Part shown: piece after piece, positions 12,483 through 24,722 of the stretch
Position numbering within the stretch: position 1 is the stretch's first letter
Layout: each line of letters starts with the position of its first letter
From: Marsupella aquatica
Taxonomy: Eukaryota; Plantae; Marchantiophyta
Direction: 5' to 3'
Assembly (NCBI GenBank): GCA_973895155.1
Contig: OZ316892.1
Coordinates: 23,574,133 to 23,638,132 of the forward strand
DNA length: 64,000 bases
The notes under the pieces: model-generated
The model's database searches: none
Told to the model about the DNA's origin: nothing
What the model saw: the letters and a program-made list of their open reading frames with translations, nothing else
Made by a program: the position numbers and the translations under genes

Positions 12483-13162
12483 CCCATAAGGTCATGACCG
12501 TACATGGGAAATTTGCTAATGGAAGATTTAATGTCCTCGAGAATGTCCTTTGTCATGTTCCTCTCTGGAGTTTTAGTTGCTTTCATTGCGAACTCCTTTA
12601 CTTTTACTCAACTTAGTAAGATTTTAATTCTCGTAGGGCTTCGACTTGTGTATTAACTCCATCTGATTGCCAAACTGTTGGGGCAACCGCAATAAATCCA
12701 ACCTCCAAGATGTTGAGCATAGACAACATTCGTAACAGCGAGCCCATGAACCATCCAACGCACAAGAGTCGACACAGAGAGATACGTGGTTCACCTCCAC
12801 ATGAGGCTACGTCCACGGGAACACACAAGAGCTTTACTGCACTCTAGGCCGACCGGCCATACCAAGCATCCACAGCACAAGCTCTCCCTATCTCTCAACT
12901 AGCTCCGCAACAATGAGCCTAAGTTCCACAAGGGTCTGGCATCAGCCCTAGCTATATACACAATAGCACTACCGCTAACATTACCTAGTCCTAACCCAAG
13001 TTAGCCTAACTGTAGTTAGCTCATGAGTCACAAGATTAGAGCAATATCTAACAAACTCCCCCTTGACTCTTGTCTTGGGGACTGGACTAAATGCTACCAT
13101 ATGGAATCCTCAGCGGGAAGTTCTAGACAATCACCCTAAAAACCATAAGGGTTAACTAAGGG

Positions 13163-16100
13163 TTAACTAGAACTAAGTTGTAGCCTAACTAGAACTAAGT
13201 TGTACCCTAACAGCAAAACCTGCAAAGTAGCACGGTGTCTTGAGAAGCTCTCCAAAGGAATCACTTTGGTAAAGGCATCGGCAGGATTGAGCTTTCCATC
13301 AATCTTGACTAGCTCAAAAGTTTTATCAGACACTGCTAGCTTGCCTGATAAAATGGTACCTGATATCAATGTGCTTCACCCTGCTATCCATCACCTCGTT
13401 AGCAGCCAAGTGAAGAGCACTCTGACTATCATAGTTTAGAGTCATTTTGCCATGCTCTAAACCCATCTCCGCGATCAACTTATCCAACCAAATTGCTTCC
13501 TTTGCTGCTTCTACTGCTGCAACATACTCTACTTGTGTAGTAGAGTGAGATATACACTTCTGCAAGGTAGATTTCCAATTGATACATCCTCCTCCAAGAG
13601 TGTATACAAACCCAGTTGTAGACCTCCTTGTATCCAGACAGCCTCCATAGTCAGAATCTACATAGCCAACCAACGTTCTCTCTGATCTGTTATCAAATAG
13701 TAATCCATATTCCTGTGTTCCCTTCACATACCTGAGAATCCATTTCACAGCTTCCCAATGTACCTTCCCTGGATTTGACATGAATCTGCTAATCTTGCCC
13801 ATCGCTAGGGCCAAGTCAGGCCTAGTACAAGTCATCAAATACATCAGACTGTCTACTGCCTTCTCATAAGGAATCTTAGCCATCAGACCTTTCTCCACAG
13901 CATCCGTAGGAGAGAAAGCCAATGATAACTTAAAATGTGAAGCTAAAGGAATACTCACTGGCTTGCAGTTCTCCATGTTGAATCGTGCAAGTACTTTCCT
14001 CGCATACTGGCCTTGACTCAAGCACAACTGTCCAGTATCAGAGTTCCTAAAAATCTCCATCCCTAAGATCCTCTTGGCCTTACCAAGATACTTCATCCTG
14101 AATTCAACACTCAATTTCGCCTTGAGACTGACAACCTCAGATTGATCTTTAGCCACAATCAGCATGTCATCCACATAGATCACCAGAATGATGAAACCAA
14201 ATACATCATTCTTGACTGATTTCGTATACACACAAGGATCATACACCATCCTTGTAAAACCTTGAGCAAACATGAAATCATCAAACCGCTTGTTCCATTG
14301 TCTGGGAGACTGCTTCAATCCATACAAGGACTTGAGCAATCTGCAAACTAAGTTCTCTTGGCCCTTCTTCATAAAGCCTAGTGGCTGTCTCATGAAGATC
14401 ATCTCTTCCAAGTTGCCATAGAGAAAAGCAGTAACAACATCCATCTGATCCATCACCAGACCAAAAAACACAACAAGCTGACACAAGATCCGAATTGTAG
14501 AATACTTAGCCACTGGTGAAAAGACCTCATTGTAATCCACTCCTTTCTCCTGAGTGAATCCCTTGGCAACAAGCCTTGCCTTGTAGATCTTATTACCACC
14601 CTTTGAAGGACTGTCCTTCAACTTGTAAATCCACTTGCTGTCCACCACTTGCTGACCTCTTGGAAGCTCCACCAGCTCCCATGTTTTGTTGTCACTCAAA
14701 GATTGCAACTCCCTTTGCATTGCTGCATTCCACTCATGCTTCTACTCTGAAGCACAAGCCTCACTGTACGAAGAAGACTCTCCTTATTCCAAGATCAAAG
14801 CCATGTCATCATCATCAGGTGCAATGTCAATATCATCTAGCTTAGATGAGTCTGCCCATTCACCATACCTGGTAGGAGCTCTAGTAGAACGACTGGAAGT
14901 TCTTCTAGTAGATGACTCAGGCTGATCTACTACTGCTGCTGGTTGAATTTGAGGTACCCCAGCAACAATCTACTCCTCTTGTTCCATCACAGGAACCAGC
15001 TCCAAGCCCGAAGCTTCTCCATCTCTCCTGTCAAGAACATCATCATGACTAATCTCCCCCTCAACCCCATCCGGGATGGGAGATTTCCCCTTGTCAGTAT
15101 GGGAGTCCTGAGAACTCTCCCCCTCCTTTGATGATCTGGATTCATTAAAGGACACATCTCTACTAACAATTAGCTTACAGGTTACTGGATCCCATAACCT
15201 ATAACCCTTCACATCTTTCTGATAGCCAAGGAAAATGCACTTCTTCGACTTGGACTCTAGCTTGGATTGAAGCTGGGAAGGTGTAAGCACATAAGCATCA
15301 CATCCAAAAATCCTCAGATGTGAGTAATTTGCTGGACGCCCGTACCTCATTTCAAATGGCATCTAGAATCCAATAGAATTGGATGAAGAAAAATTTACCA
15401 AATAAGCTGCAGTGTTGACAGCTTTAGCCCAAAACTCATGTGGTAAGCATGATTGACTCAACATACTCCTCGAGCGGTCCAATAGTGTTCGGTTGAGTCT
15501 CTCAGAAACACCATTCTGCTGAGGAGTATAACTTGTTGTGAGATGGCGGGTAATCCCCTGCTCCTTACAATACGTTCCAAATTTACCAGAACTATATTCA
15601 CTGCCGTTATCCGATCGAAGATATCTCACCTTATTACTAGTTTGATTCTCTACTTGGGCTTTCCACTCCTTAAAAGTGGCAAAAACATCAGACTTATTGT
15701 GTAGAAAGTATATCCACACATACCTTGAGTGTCTATGAACGTGACATAGTATAACCGTCCAAAATGTGAGGGAGTAGGGGCTGGACCCCACACATCACTA
15801 TGTACATACTCAAGTACCTCCTTGCTGGTGTGAGTTCCAACTCCAAAGGGTTTCCTGTGCTGCTTCCCTAGCACACAGTGCTCACAAAATTCCAACTTAC
15901 AAGATTGCAAATTAGAAAGTAATCCTTTCTTCTGAAGAATAGCCAAACCTTTTTCACTCATGTGGCCCAAACAGAAGTGCCACAGCCGGGCCATCTCCTC
16001 ATGAGATAAGGTTACATTGGCTTCATCACAAACTACACTGCCCTCCAAAACGTATAGATTGCTATGTCTCCTTCCCTTCAATACAACTTTAGTACCAGTT

Positions 16101-17492
16101 GAAACCTGAAGGACACCATTAGCAGAACTCCACTGATGACCATTTGCCTCTAAAACTCCAAGTGAAATAAGATTTTTCATCATGTTGGGAATATGTCTCA
16201 CATTCCTTAATGTTCTTACAGCACCATCAAACATCTGAAATCTTACAGATCCAAGTCCAACAACTTGACATGGGATTCCATTTCCCATCAACACTTACCC
16301 GTTGGAAACCGTGTAAGAACTGAAAAAATCTCTCCTAGAGCAAATGTGAAAAGTACATGCACTATCTAGAATCCAATCATCACTACCTGGATTTGACACT
16401 ACGTTGAGAGCATAACCTTGACATCACAATATGTCATCATCATCGAGTAAATCTACCTCATGCGAGCTCGATGCCGCGTTAGCAGGTGCAGTAGGGACCT
16501 TTAGTCAACAATCCCTTTTCATGTGGCCAGGCTTGCCACAATTCCAACATGCAAGAGGCTTCCTCTCTTGTGATTTCCCTCTGGATTTAGATCTCCCCTG
16601 TGATGTAGATCTAAACCTGTTCTGCCCATTCGTGCGCTGCGCTGCTCTTCCCCTGTTCACATTGAGCGCAGTGCTAGAAGAAGATGCTGTCTGTGATTGA
16701 CCCAGGTTCTTCTGAGCATCATCAGACAGTAAAGAGCTCACCACCTCATTATACAAAATGGACTTCAGATCTCTGTACAAGAGCACCTGTTTCAAGCCCT
16801 GATATGACGGCGGTAAGGAGCTTAGCAGAAGCAAGGCCTTATCCTCATCTTCAACTCCTTTTCCTAGGTTTGATAGATCCACCGCTAGACTGTCAAACTC
16901 ATCCAGGTGATTCTGCATCTTGCTCCCTTCCTTGAGCTTGAGGCTCATCAAGAGAGACTTTTTGTATAGCCGGTCTGACGCATCTTCCCGGTAGTACTTC
17001 TCTCTTAGAGCCTTGAACAGTGACGCACAATCCGCATAATCATCCAGCTGCTTGATGATGTGCGGCTTGAGATAAAGCATCACAGACTGCATTGACAGCA
17101 ATCACCTGCTCCTGTCTCCACTATCTCACAGAAATCTCCTCCTCTCCATCATACTGCTCTCGCGAAGAGAGAAGATGAGCCAAGCCCATGGCCTGAAGGA
17201 CACCCTTCACTTGCTTCTCCCACAGCAAGTAATCAGTACGACCATCGTACTTCTCCACCTCAAACTTCACTCCTCCAAATCTAGCCATCTCCCTCTTCTT
17301 CCCTACTACCGACAGCTCTGGTAGTAGCACAGCTTCCTCCACTGCACGCCGCACCGGTGATTGTACCGGTGTCAATAGTTCTTCCTCAAATGGTAGCAGC
17401 TCCTCCTCAGACTCTCCGTCTGACCGTCGCGATCTTGAAGCTCCACCGACGCCAATTCTTCCAGTATCCCCCGAGTCACTCATATGAAACAA
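13163..17492 (-). pseudogene. Copia-A gag-pol (gag, CCHC knuckle, protease, integrase, RT, RNase H), disrupted by stops and frameshifts
   Basis: Motifs CWNCGKPGHMKRDC, HSDVWGP, LRSDNG, PQQNGVSERLNRT, KARLVAKGFTQ, YVDDML, GYVDSD and KHIDIRYH occur in Copia order (INT before RT), split across several ORFs. Confidence 0.92.
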
Positions 17493-18889
17493 TCACGAAA
17501 AAACATCTTTTTTTGAAATTTCTCATAAAACTCAAAACTCAACACCGCCGCGTAGCCCACAAAGCTAGGAGTCCAATACTGAAAGTCGAAATCAAAATTG
17601 AAATTTGATGAAAAAGTTATTCAAATTTTGGTCGGGGTGGGTAAAACCTTGGGAAACTCCCCCGTTTTGACCACCTCGGAGAATAACCAAAATACCAAGT
17701 ACAACCTGTAGTTTGCCATAGAGAACCAAAAATCACATTTTAAAGTCTCTAAACTCGGTATTCGTTCCCTTTAAGAACAAGATGGGGTTGGTTTGATGTA
17801 ATAAACTAAAAACAAAGCTTTAAGCTCTTGTGTCACACATAGTAATCAATCTTGACTACTTTAATCAGGTACTTTGAAGATCGCTCCACAGCGGTGAGTA
17901 GTTTTTGATGATAACTCAACATCAGATAACCTTCAATTAAGCAAAAGATTGCAATTAACAAAACACAAGGAAAAATCTCTCAGAGTATGCTTAAGGGAGT
18001 CTGGAATAGACCAAGGTTACTCCTTAGACATAAGTAATAATGGAATGACTTTAAGGGAATCCAAATCCACACGGCTTTTCAGATCTAAACTGCATACTAG
18101 AGTATCCTTTTAAAATGCTGGCAACATGTCTTGACCTTTCTTCCTAAGTGATACTTAGTCAAGATCTAAAAGGATAAATACTTCAGCATTTAGATGGTAC
18201 TAAGCAACATGAAGGTGGAAACATCATTTCCAATGCAACTTAAACTCAATGAGTTAACTCTAAGAACTTGTGAGATTACAATGTGTCACCAAAGCGGAAT
18301 CTGACATTATAATTCACGAGATTCATAACTGAGGTTTTACTTCAAGTATTTGGATTCCAAAATACAAGAAGGAGGTAAGTCTCTCCAAATGTTAAACCTG
18401 ATCTCGAACTCATAGATTCATGATCAACTAGTTTAACACAAGGGAGAGGCAAAACTGCAAAACTTAACCATCTCTCTACACTAGGGGAAGAGGTATAAAT
18501 AGTGATGAACTACAGAATAAGAGGTCACAGGGTCGAAGAGACATGCCTCTTCATAACCCTCAAAAAGTCAAAACGACGATTCAATAAGTGGAAAGCCGGA
18601 AAAAAAATGGCTAAGTATGAACTCTTAAACTCTTAAAAACTTAAACTCTTAAAAACGTAAAAACTTAAACTCTTAAACTCTTAATTTCGGTATACTAAAA
18701 ATTGAGTAGATTCAACTATTTTTAACTTTCTACTCCTGGTTCGGAAAACTCTGAAATTTTTCCAGCAGGGTTTCCTAGGTACAGACTACAGCCTAAAGAA
18801 GTCTCATAGCTTTTAAAGCTCTACAACACATTTAGAAAAATTGGTAAAAGTACTATACTTTTCAATACTAGCTAAAAATATAGTCTCCT

Positions 18890-21286
18890 TCAAGCTTGTT
18901 GTCGAATATCATCGGGTTCGAGCAGCTCCACGTAGGTGACAGTCCGATTCTGTGTTACCTCCATCAGCTCAGTCTGACGTGGTGATCCTCGAGAGTAGGG
19001 TAGGCACCTTAGTTGTCTCTCAGGATACATCAAAGGCATTCGCTTCATCAAATAACAGGAATTTATACGAAGAGCTTCTCTGTATATCCCTAGTACATCA
19101 TAGTTGTTGCAGGTGGCAGCATATACTTGGGGATAGTGATGCAGAAACTCATCACTATTCATCATCCTGGAATAGAAGGGTCGAAGTCTCCATCTGACAT
19201 CCTTAAAATATCGGTTGAAATGAGCCAGGGTCTGAGTAGTGACATTATTCCAGATCCTCTGTTTCTCAGCTAGGGAACTGGTGGAAACAAGGACAACCTT
19301 CGGCTCTCGTGGGATGTAAGAGTTCTGGTGAGAAGTGGATTTCTTACTCTGCATGAGAAAAGAAATCACAAAGTCCAGAGCGTAAGCTGCAAAATTCCCG
19401 AAATAGGCCAAAACCAAATCTGGATCTTCTACTTCTACATCCCCTTGAAGTAGCATCATAGCAAGGATGGGTCGGAAGTAGATTGAGTCAGCCCAGAACT
19501 CATCAAATTGAGCCATCTCCACTCTTGAAGTTCCGAAACTTCTGAGGTCAAATATGTAACTGGCCTCAGTCTTCTTAAGGTAGTAGTATCTCCAAAACTC
19601 TCCAATTGGGGGTCTGTTGGCCTGCATTATCTTACAAGTCTCCACGTACCTCTGCACTTGAGACTCTGGATGTCGTGTATATCTTTTCTCAATGACAGAA
19701 TACCGGGGTGTTTGAGTAGAGGAGGTGACAACTGCCACTAAATTTGGATCAGATCTTAAGGTAGTGTCAACATCCTCAAATCCTTGCCTTGGTGACGACT
19801 CGACAGAGTTGTCATAAGATCGGATGGAATCAAAATCAGAGGGTGGATCAGAATCCTCAGGAAGATCCTGTCTAACAGAAGGATGTTCATACTGTGGTTG
19901 GGTATAAATAGGTCCCTCGGTTGGCTCATAATTGGAATCTGGACTATAAATGCAGTCACCCGGGTTGGAAGGGCCTTTGAATTCTGTGTACTTCGGAATT
20001 AAGTCACTAACCACAGAGATTATCTCCTCAGGTTCACACTGAAGCAATTCCAGTAGGTCAGTTACAATTGCAATACAACTTGTGTTTCCTATCCTTGAGA
20101 CAGGTTCACTTGGCTCTGGAGGTAGATTCTGTGGGACAGTAGGAGTGAGAGCAACAAATTCTTCTGGTGCTGACCTCTCAATGGGAGAAGCGGTCCTGAC
20201 AGGGGTTAGCTGATCTGGAAATGGAGAGGATAAGCTAACTGCCTCGGATCTCAAATCACAGACAACATCGTAGAGTTCAACATCACTGCAACCGAAGAGA
20301 GAGATTAACTTATCAATAAGCTGCTGATTTGACTCTGCTTTCGAAAAAGGGGGCATGGTGACTCCTCGTATGGCAGTAATAGTTGGTTCAACCACGACTT
20401 CTTGTTGCTCAGGAAAAATCTCGTCTCCTTCAGCTTCAAGTTGATCTGCTCCACTGATTTCTCTTGGAGAGTATAAAATGACCTCCATGTTGTGTTCAGG
20501 GGGAAATTCCGAACCATCTATCGAGACATCCTCCATATTAACATCCTGATCAGTGGAATTCAGCAGAATGTCCTGTTCTGATTCTGCTACACTAATTTCT
20601 TCCTCAATGTCCAACTCGATCAGAAGTAATCCCCTTTCTGTTTTCTCCTCCGGATGTAAACAGTCATGTGCTTGATACAGCTGAGATAGATAGACTTGTA
20701 GACAAGTAGGTCTGCCTGCCTTCATACTTCTCACCTGATCGTGCATCACATTGAAAAGTAACAACGCCCAATTTACTTGAATAGCTCCACTGTGAGAAGC
20801 TACAATAGTATTCGCCAATGCCACAGGGCAGATAGTTGGTCTCTTCGGATGGAGAATGGGCACTAGAAATTCTAAAAGAATCCTCAAATCCGGATAGGTA
20901 CATTGTGTCACATTCCAGCCATTGGTAGGATGGCGAATCCCTGAAAAGTAAGGAGTGGACAAATCTTTTTTCTTTGAATATAATCCTTCTCCATCTAAGG
21001 GGCAGCGGAAGGCATGAGCTACTTGCTCAACTGTCCATAAACTTGGCCGAGCTCGAATGGTTTGTCGAAATTCAGGGGCAATCAGTGATCCTCTCACAAA
21101 ATCCTGTAAATAAGAGTCGAGCTCCACATTCCAAGGGATTGCGAGTAGATGTTCCAATCCGAGCTGCTGTAACGATGTTCTCAAATTTTCACAACTGTCG
21201 GGCGCCAAAGGAATTCGAGCGACCACACTCTTAGGAATTGCCAGAGTTTGAACACGATACTGTGCATCAGCGTTCAAGTCAGCCAT
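18890..21286 (-). CDS. 798-aa accessory ORF of the Gypsy element, function unknown
   Basis: Intact ATG-initiated ORF, same sense as gag-pol and inside the element's TSDs. The N-terminal domain (GLEHLLAIPW...WTVEQVAHAF...LEFLVPILHPKRP...VNWA) resembles, from memory, retrotransposon-associated hypothetical proteins of bryophytes. The middle is acidic. Confidence 0.75.
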   Translation of the reverse strand: MADLNADAQYRVQTLAIPKSVVARIPLAPDSCENLRTSLQQLGLEHLLAIPWNVELDSYLQDFVRGSLIAPEFRQTIRARPSLWTVEQVAHAFRCPLDGEGLYSKKKDLSTPYFSGIRHPTNGWNVTQCTYPDLRILLEFLVPILHPKRPTICPVALANTIVASHSGAIQVNWALLLFNVMHDQVRSMKAGRPTCLQVYLSQLYQAHDCLHPEEKTERGLLLIELDIEEEISVAESEQDILLNSTDQDVNMEDVSIDGSEFPPEHNMEVILYSPREISGADQLEAEGDEIFPEQQEVVVEPTITAIRGVTMPPFSKAESNQQLIDKLISLFGCSDVELYDVVCDLRSEAVSLSSPFPDQLTPVRTASPIERSAPEEFVALTPTVPQNLPPEPSEPVSRIGNTSCIAIVTDLLELLQCEPEEIISVVSDLIPKYTEFKGPSNPGDCIYSPDSNYEPTEGPIYTQPQYEHPSVRQDLPEDSDPPSDFDSIRSYDNSVESSPRQGFEDVDTTLRSDPNLVAVVTSSTQTPRYSVIEKRYTRHPESQVQRYVETCKIMQANRPPIGEFWRYYYLKKTEASYIFDLRSFGTSRVEMAQFDEFWADSIYFRPILAMMLLQGDVEVEDPDLVLAYFGNFAAYALDFVISFLMQSKKSTSHQNSYIPREPKVVLVSTSSLAEKQRIWNNVTTQTLAHFNRYFKDVRWRLRPFYSRMMNSDEFLHHYPQVYAATCNNYDVLGIYREALRINSCYLMKRMPLMYPERQLRCLPYSRGSPRQTELMEVTQNRTVTYVELLEPDDIRQQA

Positions 21287-21803
21287 AGCTCAAATTCTGC
21301 TCACTGAGCTACGCGAAGAATTGTTTGGAGTCGAGAGCGATGAAAGATGCAGCGGAAGAGAAGTCAGGAGTGAGCGCCTATGTTCTGGATTCCTCCCCCT
21401 TCAAGGCCTGCTCCTCGTTTTGTTGCAAAGTCCCGTTGGAGTTAGCCGTAGCCTGTCACAATCGCGGGGCTCGCCAGTTCGCAAGTCGCAACTCTTAAAG
21501 TCGTAAAGTCTTAAAGTAGGGTTTACTCGTAAACCCTTAAACTCTTAAACTATTAAACACTTCAACTCTTCAACTCTTAAACTCTTAAACTATTAAAGTA
21601 GGGTTTACTCGTAAACCCGTAAACTCTTAAACACTTCAACTCTTCAACTCTTAAACTCTTAATCTTCGGCAGAGTTTAGTTTACTCGAGTTATCAGCAAA
21701 TATAGTTTAACTACTTCAAAAATTTAAAAATTTTCCGGTTTTCTTCATGACTTTGGAATTACTGCCTATCTACATAGCCCTCTCCTCAAACGGCGCCGTG
21801 CCC

Positions 21804-24692
21804 TCACAAGCCATTGGAGTGGGGTATATAATATTTCTTCACTCTGGATCCATTGATTCTGGTATCAAGAGGTTCTCCATTCAAGGTTTCCAAAGTTAAA
21901 GACCCATTAGGCCATACGGTAACAACTCTGTAAGGGCCGATCCAGTGAGTGTGAAGCTTCCCAGGGAAGAACATATACCTAGAGTCATACACAAGCGCCA
22001 AATCTCCTGGCTGTAGTGTCGGTATTTTTAACCTCTTATCATAGGCCATCTTCCGTTTATCCTGTTGTTGTATGGTATGCTGTAACGCTAGAAGTCTATG
22101 TTCTTCTAATTCATCCAGAACTTCCAACCTAGTGTGGAAACTATCAAGTTCAGGTAACCTCTCAGAGATCAGAAGCCGTTCAGTAGGTAGTTCAAATTCA
22201 ATGGGGGTAACACTATGCATACCAAAAGTTAAGTAGAAGGGCGTTCTCAAGGTAGTAATCTTTTCTGCAGTTCTGTAAGCCCATAAAGCAGAGTGGAGTT
22301 TGATGTCCCAATCCGTTTTATGTGCTTCCACCATTTTATTCAATATTTTTCCCATTAACCCATTAGCTCTTTCAGTCAATCCGTTAGCTCGGGGATTATA
22401 AGGGGTGGTCTTTCGATGCTTAATCAGATATTTCTCAGTGATGAGCTCAATTGTCTCATTAAGGAAGTGCAGGCCTCGATCACTTACCAATTCCAAGGGA
22501 CAGCCATACCGGGTAATAATGTTTTCAAATAAGAAATTGGCGGCTGTGGCAGCATCATTCTTCCTAGTATGCTTAGCCTCCACCCATTTGGTGAGGTAGT
22601 CCGTAGCAAGAATGATATATCTGCTTCTACTTCGTCTAGCAGCAGGGGAAATGGGGCCAATAAAGTCTATCCCCCATTTCTCAAATGGAGATAGAGGCAA
22701 AATGGGAGTTAGAGGCCATTTTGATGTTGCAGTAGGCTTCCCTATTCGCTGACAAGGGTCACAGCTTTGAATGTAGTTATAAGTGTCCTTATGCATGGTA
22801 GGCCACCAAAATCCAGCGTCCTTAATTTTCTTAACAGTTGTATTTACGGCATAGTGTCCACCGGAGGCTTCAGTGTGTAAGGCTGAAATGACCTTTGGAA
22901 CTTCTTGAGCTTCCAAGCAACGGTGAAGTCTCTGATTTGGCAATAATTTAAATAGAACACCCCTCACAATAGTATATGGTCCTACTTTGTAGAGGAAAAC
23001 AGCTTTTTCTTCCGCATTCAACCCTGGTGGATAAATTCCGTGAGTAAGCATCTGAACAATGTCAAAGTACCTTGATTCCTCTCCTTCCAAATGCCATAGC
23101 TGTTCGTCCGGAAATTGATCAGACAAAGGTTCGGCACTAGGATCTCCAGGCAATCGTGATAGGAAATCTGCATTCTCATGGTGTTTCCCGGCTCGAACTT
23201 GTACCTCATAATCATATTCTTGTAAAAGAAGTACCCACCTAGCAATGCGCCCACTTAAATCTGCCTGATTCACTAGGTATTTTAAAGAAGAATGATCCGT
23301 GTGGAAAATAGTTTTATAACCCAGAAGATAGTGCCGGAACTTTTTACAAGAGAAAATGACTGCTAAGGCCTCCCTCTCTGTGACCGTATAATTCTTTTCA
23401 GCACTATTCATTTGCCTACTGGCATAATATATAGGGTGGTCTTTCTTCTCATCATCCAGTTGACTTAAGGCAGCGCCCACACAAAAAGCTGAGGCATCAA
23501 TATACACATGAAAAGGTTTCTGCCAATCCGGTGGTTGTAGAATGGGCGCAACAGTTAGTTTGGTTTTTAAAACTTCAAAGGCTGTTTGCCTTGCTGCAGT
23601 CCATACATATGCTACGTCCTTCTTAAGGAGCTGGGTTAAAGGCATGGCAAGGTCAGCATACTTCCGTATAAATCTTCTATAATACCCCACATAGCCTAGG
23701 AAGCCTCGCAACGCCTTCAAATTTCCAGGGGGTTGTAATGCCAGAATAATTCGAACTTTCTCTGCATCCACTTCGATTCCTCTTTGGGAGATAACATGTC
23801 CTAACAGAATACCTTCCTTCATACCAATGAAACATTTCTCAGGATGTAGACACAACTGTGATTCCCTACAGCGTTGGAACGTTTGTCTTAAGTGATCCAG
23901 GTGTTGGGTGGCTGATCTATAAACACAAAAATCATCTATAAAGATTTCCAGGAATTTTCTGAGAAAATCCTGAAAAATAATCATCATAATCCTTTGGAAA
24001 GTTCCAGGTGCATTACACAGGCCAAAGGGCATAACTCGAAAAGCATACGTTCCCCAATCCGTAGTGAAGGTGGTTTTGTCTCTATCCTCCTCACGGATTG
24101 ACACCTGGTTGTAGCCGGAGTATCCATCTAGGAAACTATAAAGTTCATGAAGAGCAACCATATCCAACACAAGGTCTATGAATGGTAAGGGATAGTGATC
24201 TTTTCTAGTAGCAGCATTCAGCTTCCTGAAATCTTGACATACTCGGATTTTTGGCTTCCCATCTGGTCCGGGTTTCTTTGGAACAATTACAATGGGTGAA
24301 ACCCACTCACTGCTAAGGACTGGGTAAATAAAACCAGCATCGGTCAACTTATCAAGTTCCTCTTTGACAAGCATAGAATATTTGGGGTTCAAACGATATT
24401 GTCTTTGCCTTACTGGAACTGCTCCTTCAATTAAGTCAATCCTGTGCTCTCCCAAGTGAGGTGGTATCCCTTTTAAGTCTTTATGGCTCCAGGCAAATAC
24501 ATCCTTATACTGAGTAAGCAAATCAATATATTTTTCCCTTAACTCTCCTTCAATATGATTACTGATATTTAAAAATTTTCCGGGTTCGATCTCAATCTTC
24601 TGACATTTTCGGAGATCGACAATTCCATCTGTTTCGTTTGGTGAAATGTCATCCCAGGTGAGCGCCTTCCTTATATCGTGATTTCCGCCCAT
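21804..24692 (-). CDS. Gypsy pol: RT, RNase H, integrase (intact)
   Basis: LDGYSGY, MPFGLCNAP, FIDDF, DAS, TDH, an H-H-C-C zinc finger, WGIDF, SDRG, NGLTER and a GPY motif, in Gypsy order. Confidence 0.95.
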   Translation of the reverse strand: MGGNHDIRKALTWDDISPNETDGIVDLRKCQKIEIEPGKFLNISNHIEGELREKYIDLLTQYKDVFAWSHKDLKGIPPHLGEHRIDLIEGAVPVRQRQYRLNPKYSMLVKEELDKLTDAGFIYPVLSSEWVSPIVIVPKKPGPDGKPKIRVCQDFRKLNAATRKDHYPLPFIDLVLDMVALHELYSFLDGYSGYNQVSIREEDRDKTTFTTDWGTYAFRVMPFGLCNAPGTFQRIMMIIFQDFLRKFLEIFIDDFCVYRSATQHLDHLRQTFQRCRESQLCLHPEKCFIGMKEGILLGHVISQRGIEVDAEKVRIILALQPPGNLKALRGFLGYVGYYRRFIRKYADLAMPLTQLLKKDVAYVWTAARQTAFEVLKTKLTVAPILQPPDWQKPFHVYIDASAFCVGAALSQLDDEKKDHPIYYASRQMNSAEKNYTVTEREALAVIFSCKKFRHYLLGYKTIFHTDHSSLKYLVNQADLSGRIARWVLLLQEYDYEVQVRAGKHHENADFLSRLPGDPSAEPLSDQFPDEQLWHLEGEESRYFDIVQMLTHGIYPPGLNAEEKAVFLYKVGPYTIVRGVLFKLLPNQRLHRCLEAQEVPKVISALHTEASGGHYAVNTTVKKIKDAGFWWPTMHKDTYNYIQSCDPCQRIGKPTATSKWPLTPILPLSPFEKWGIDFIGPISPAARRSRSRYIILATDYLTKWVEAKHTRKNDAATAANFLFENIITRYGCPLELVSDRGLHFLNETIELITEKYLIKHRKTTPYNPRANGLTERANGLMGKILNKMVEAHKTDWDIKLHSALWAYRTAEKITTLRTPFYLTFGMHSVTPIEFELPTERLLISERLPELDSFHTRLEVLDELEEHRLLALQHTIQQQDKRKMAYDKRLKIPTLQPGDLALVYDSRYMFFPGKLHTHWIGPYRVVTVWPNGSLTLETLNGEPLDTRINGSRVKKYYIPHSNGL

Positions 24693-24722
24693 CCGGGTGT
24701 CTTCCTCTGCCCTCTCCTCATG

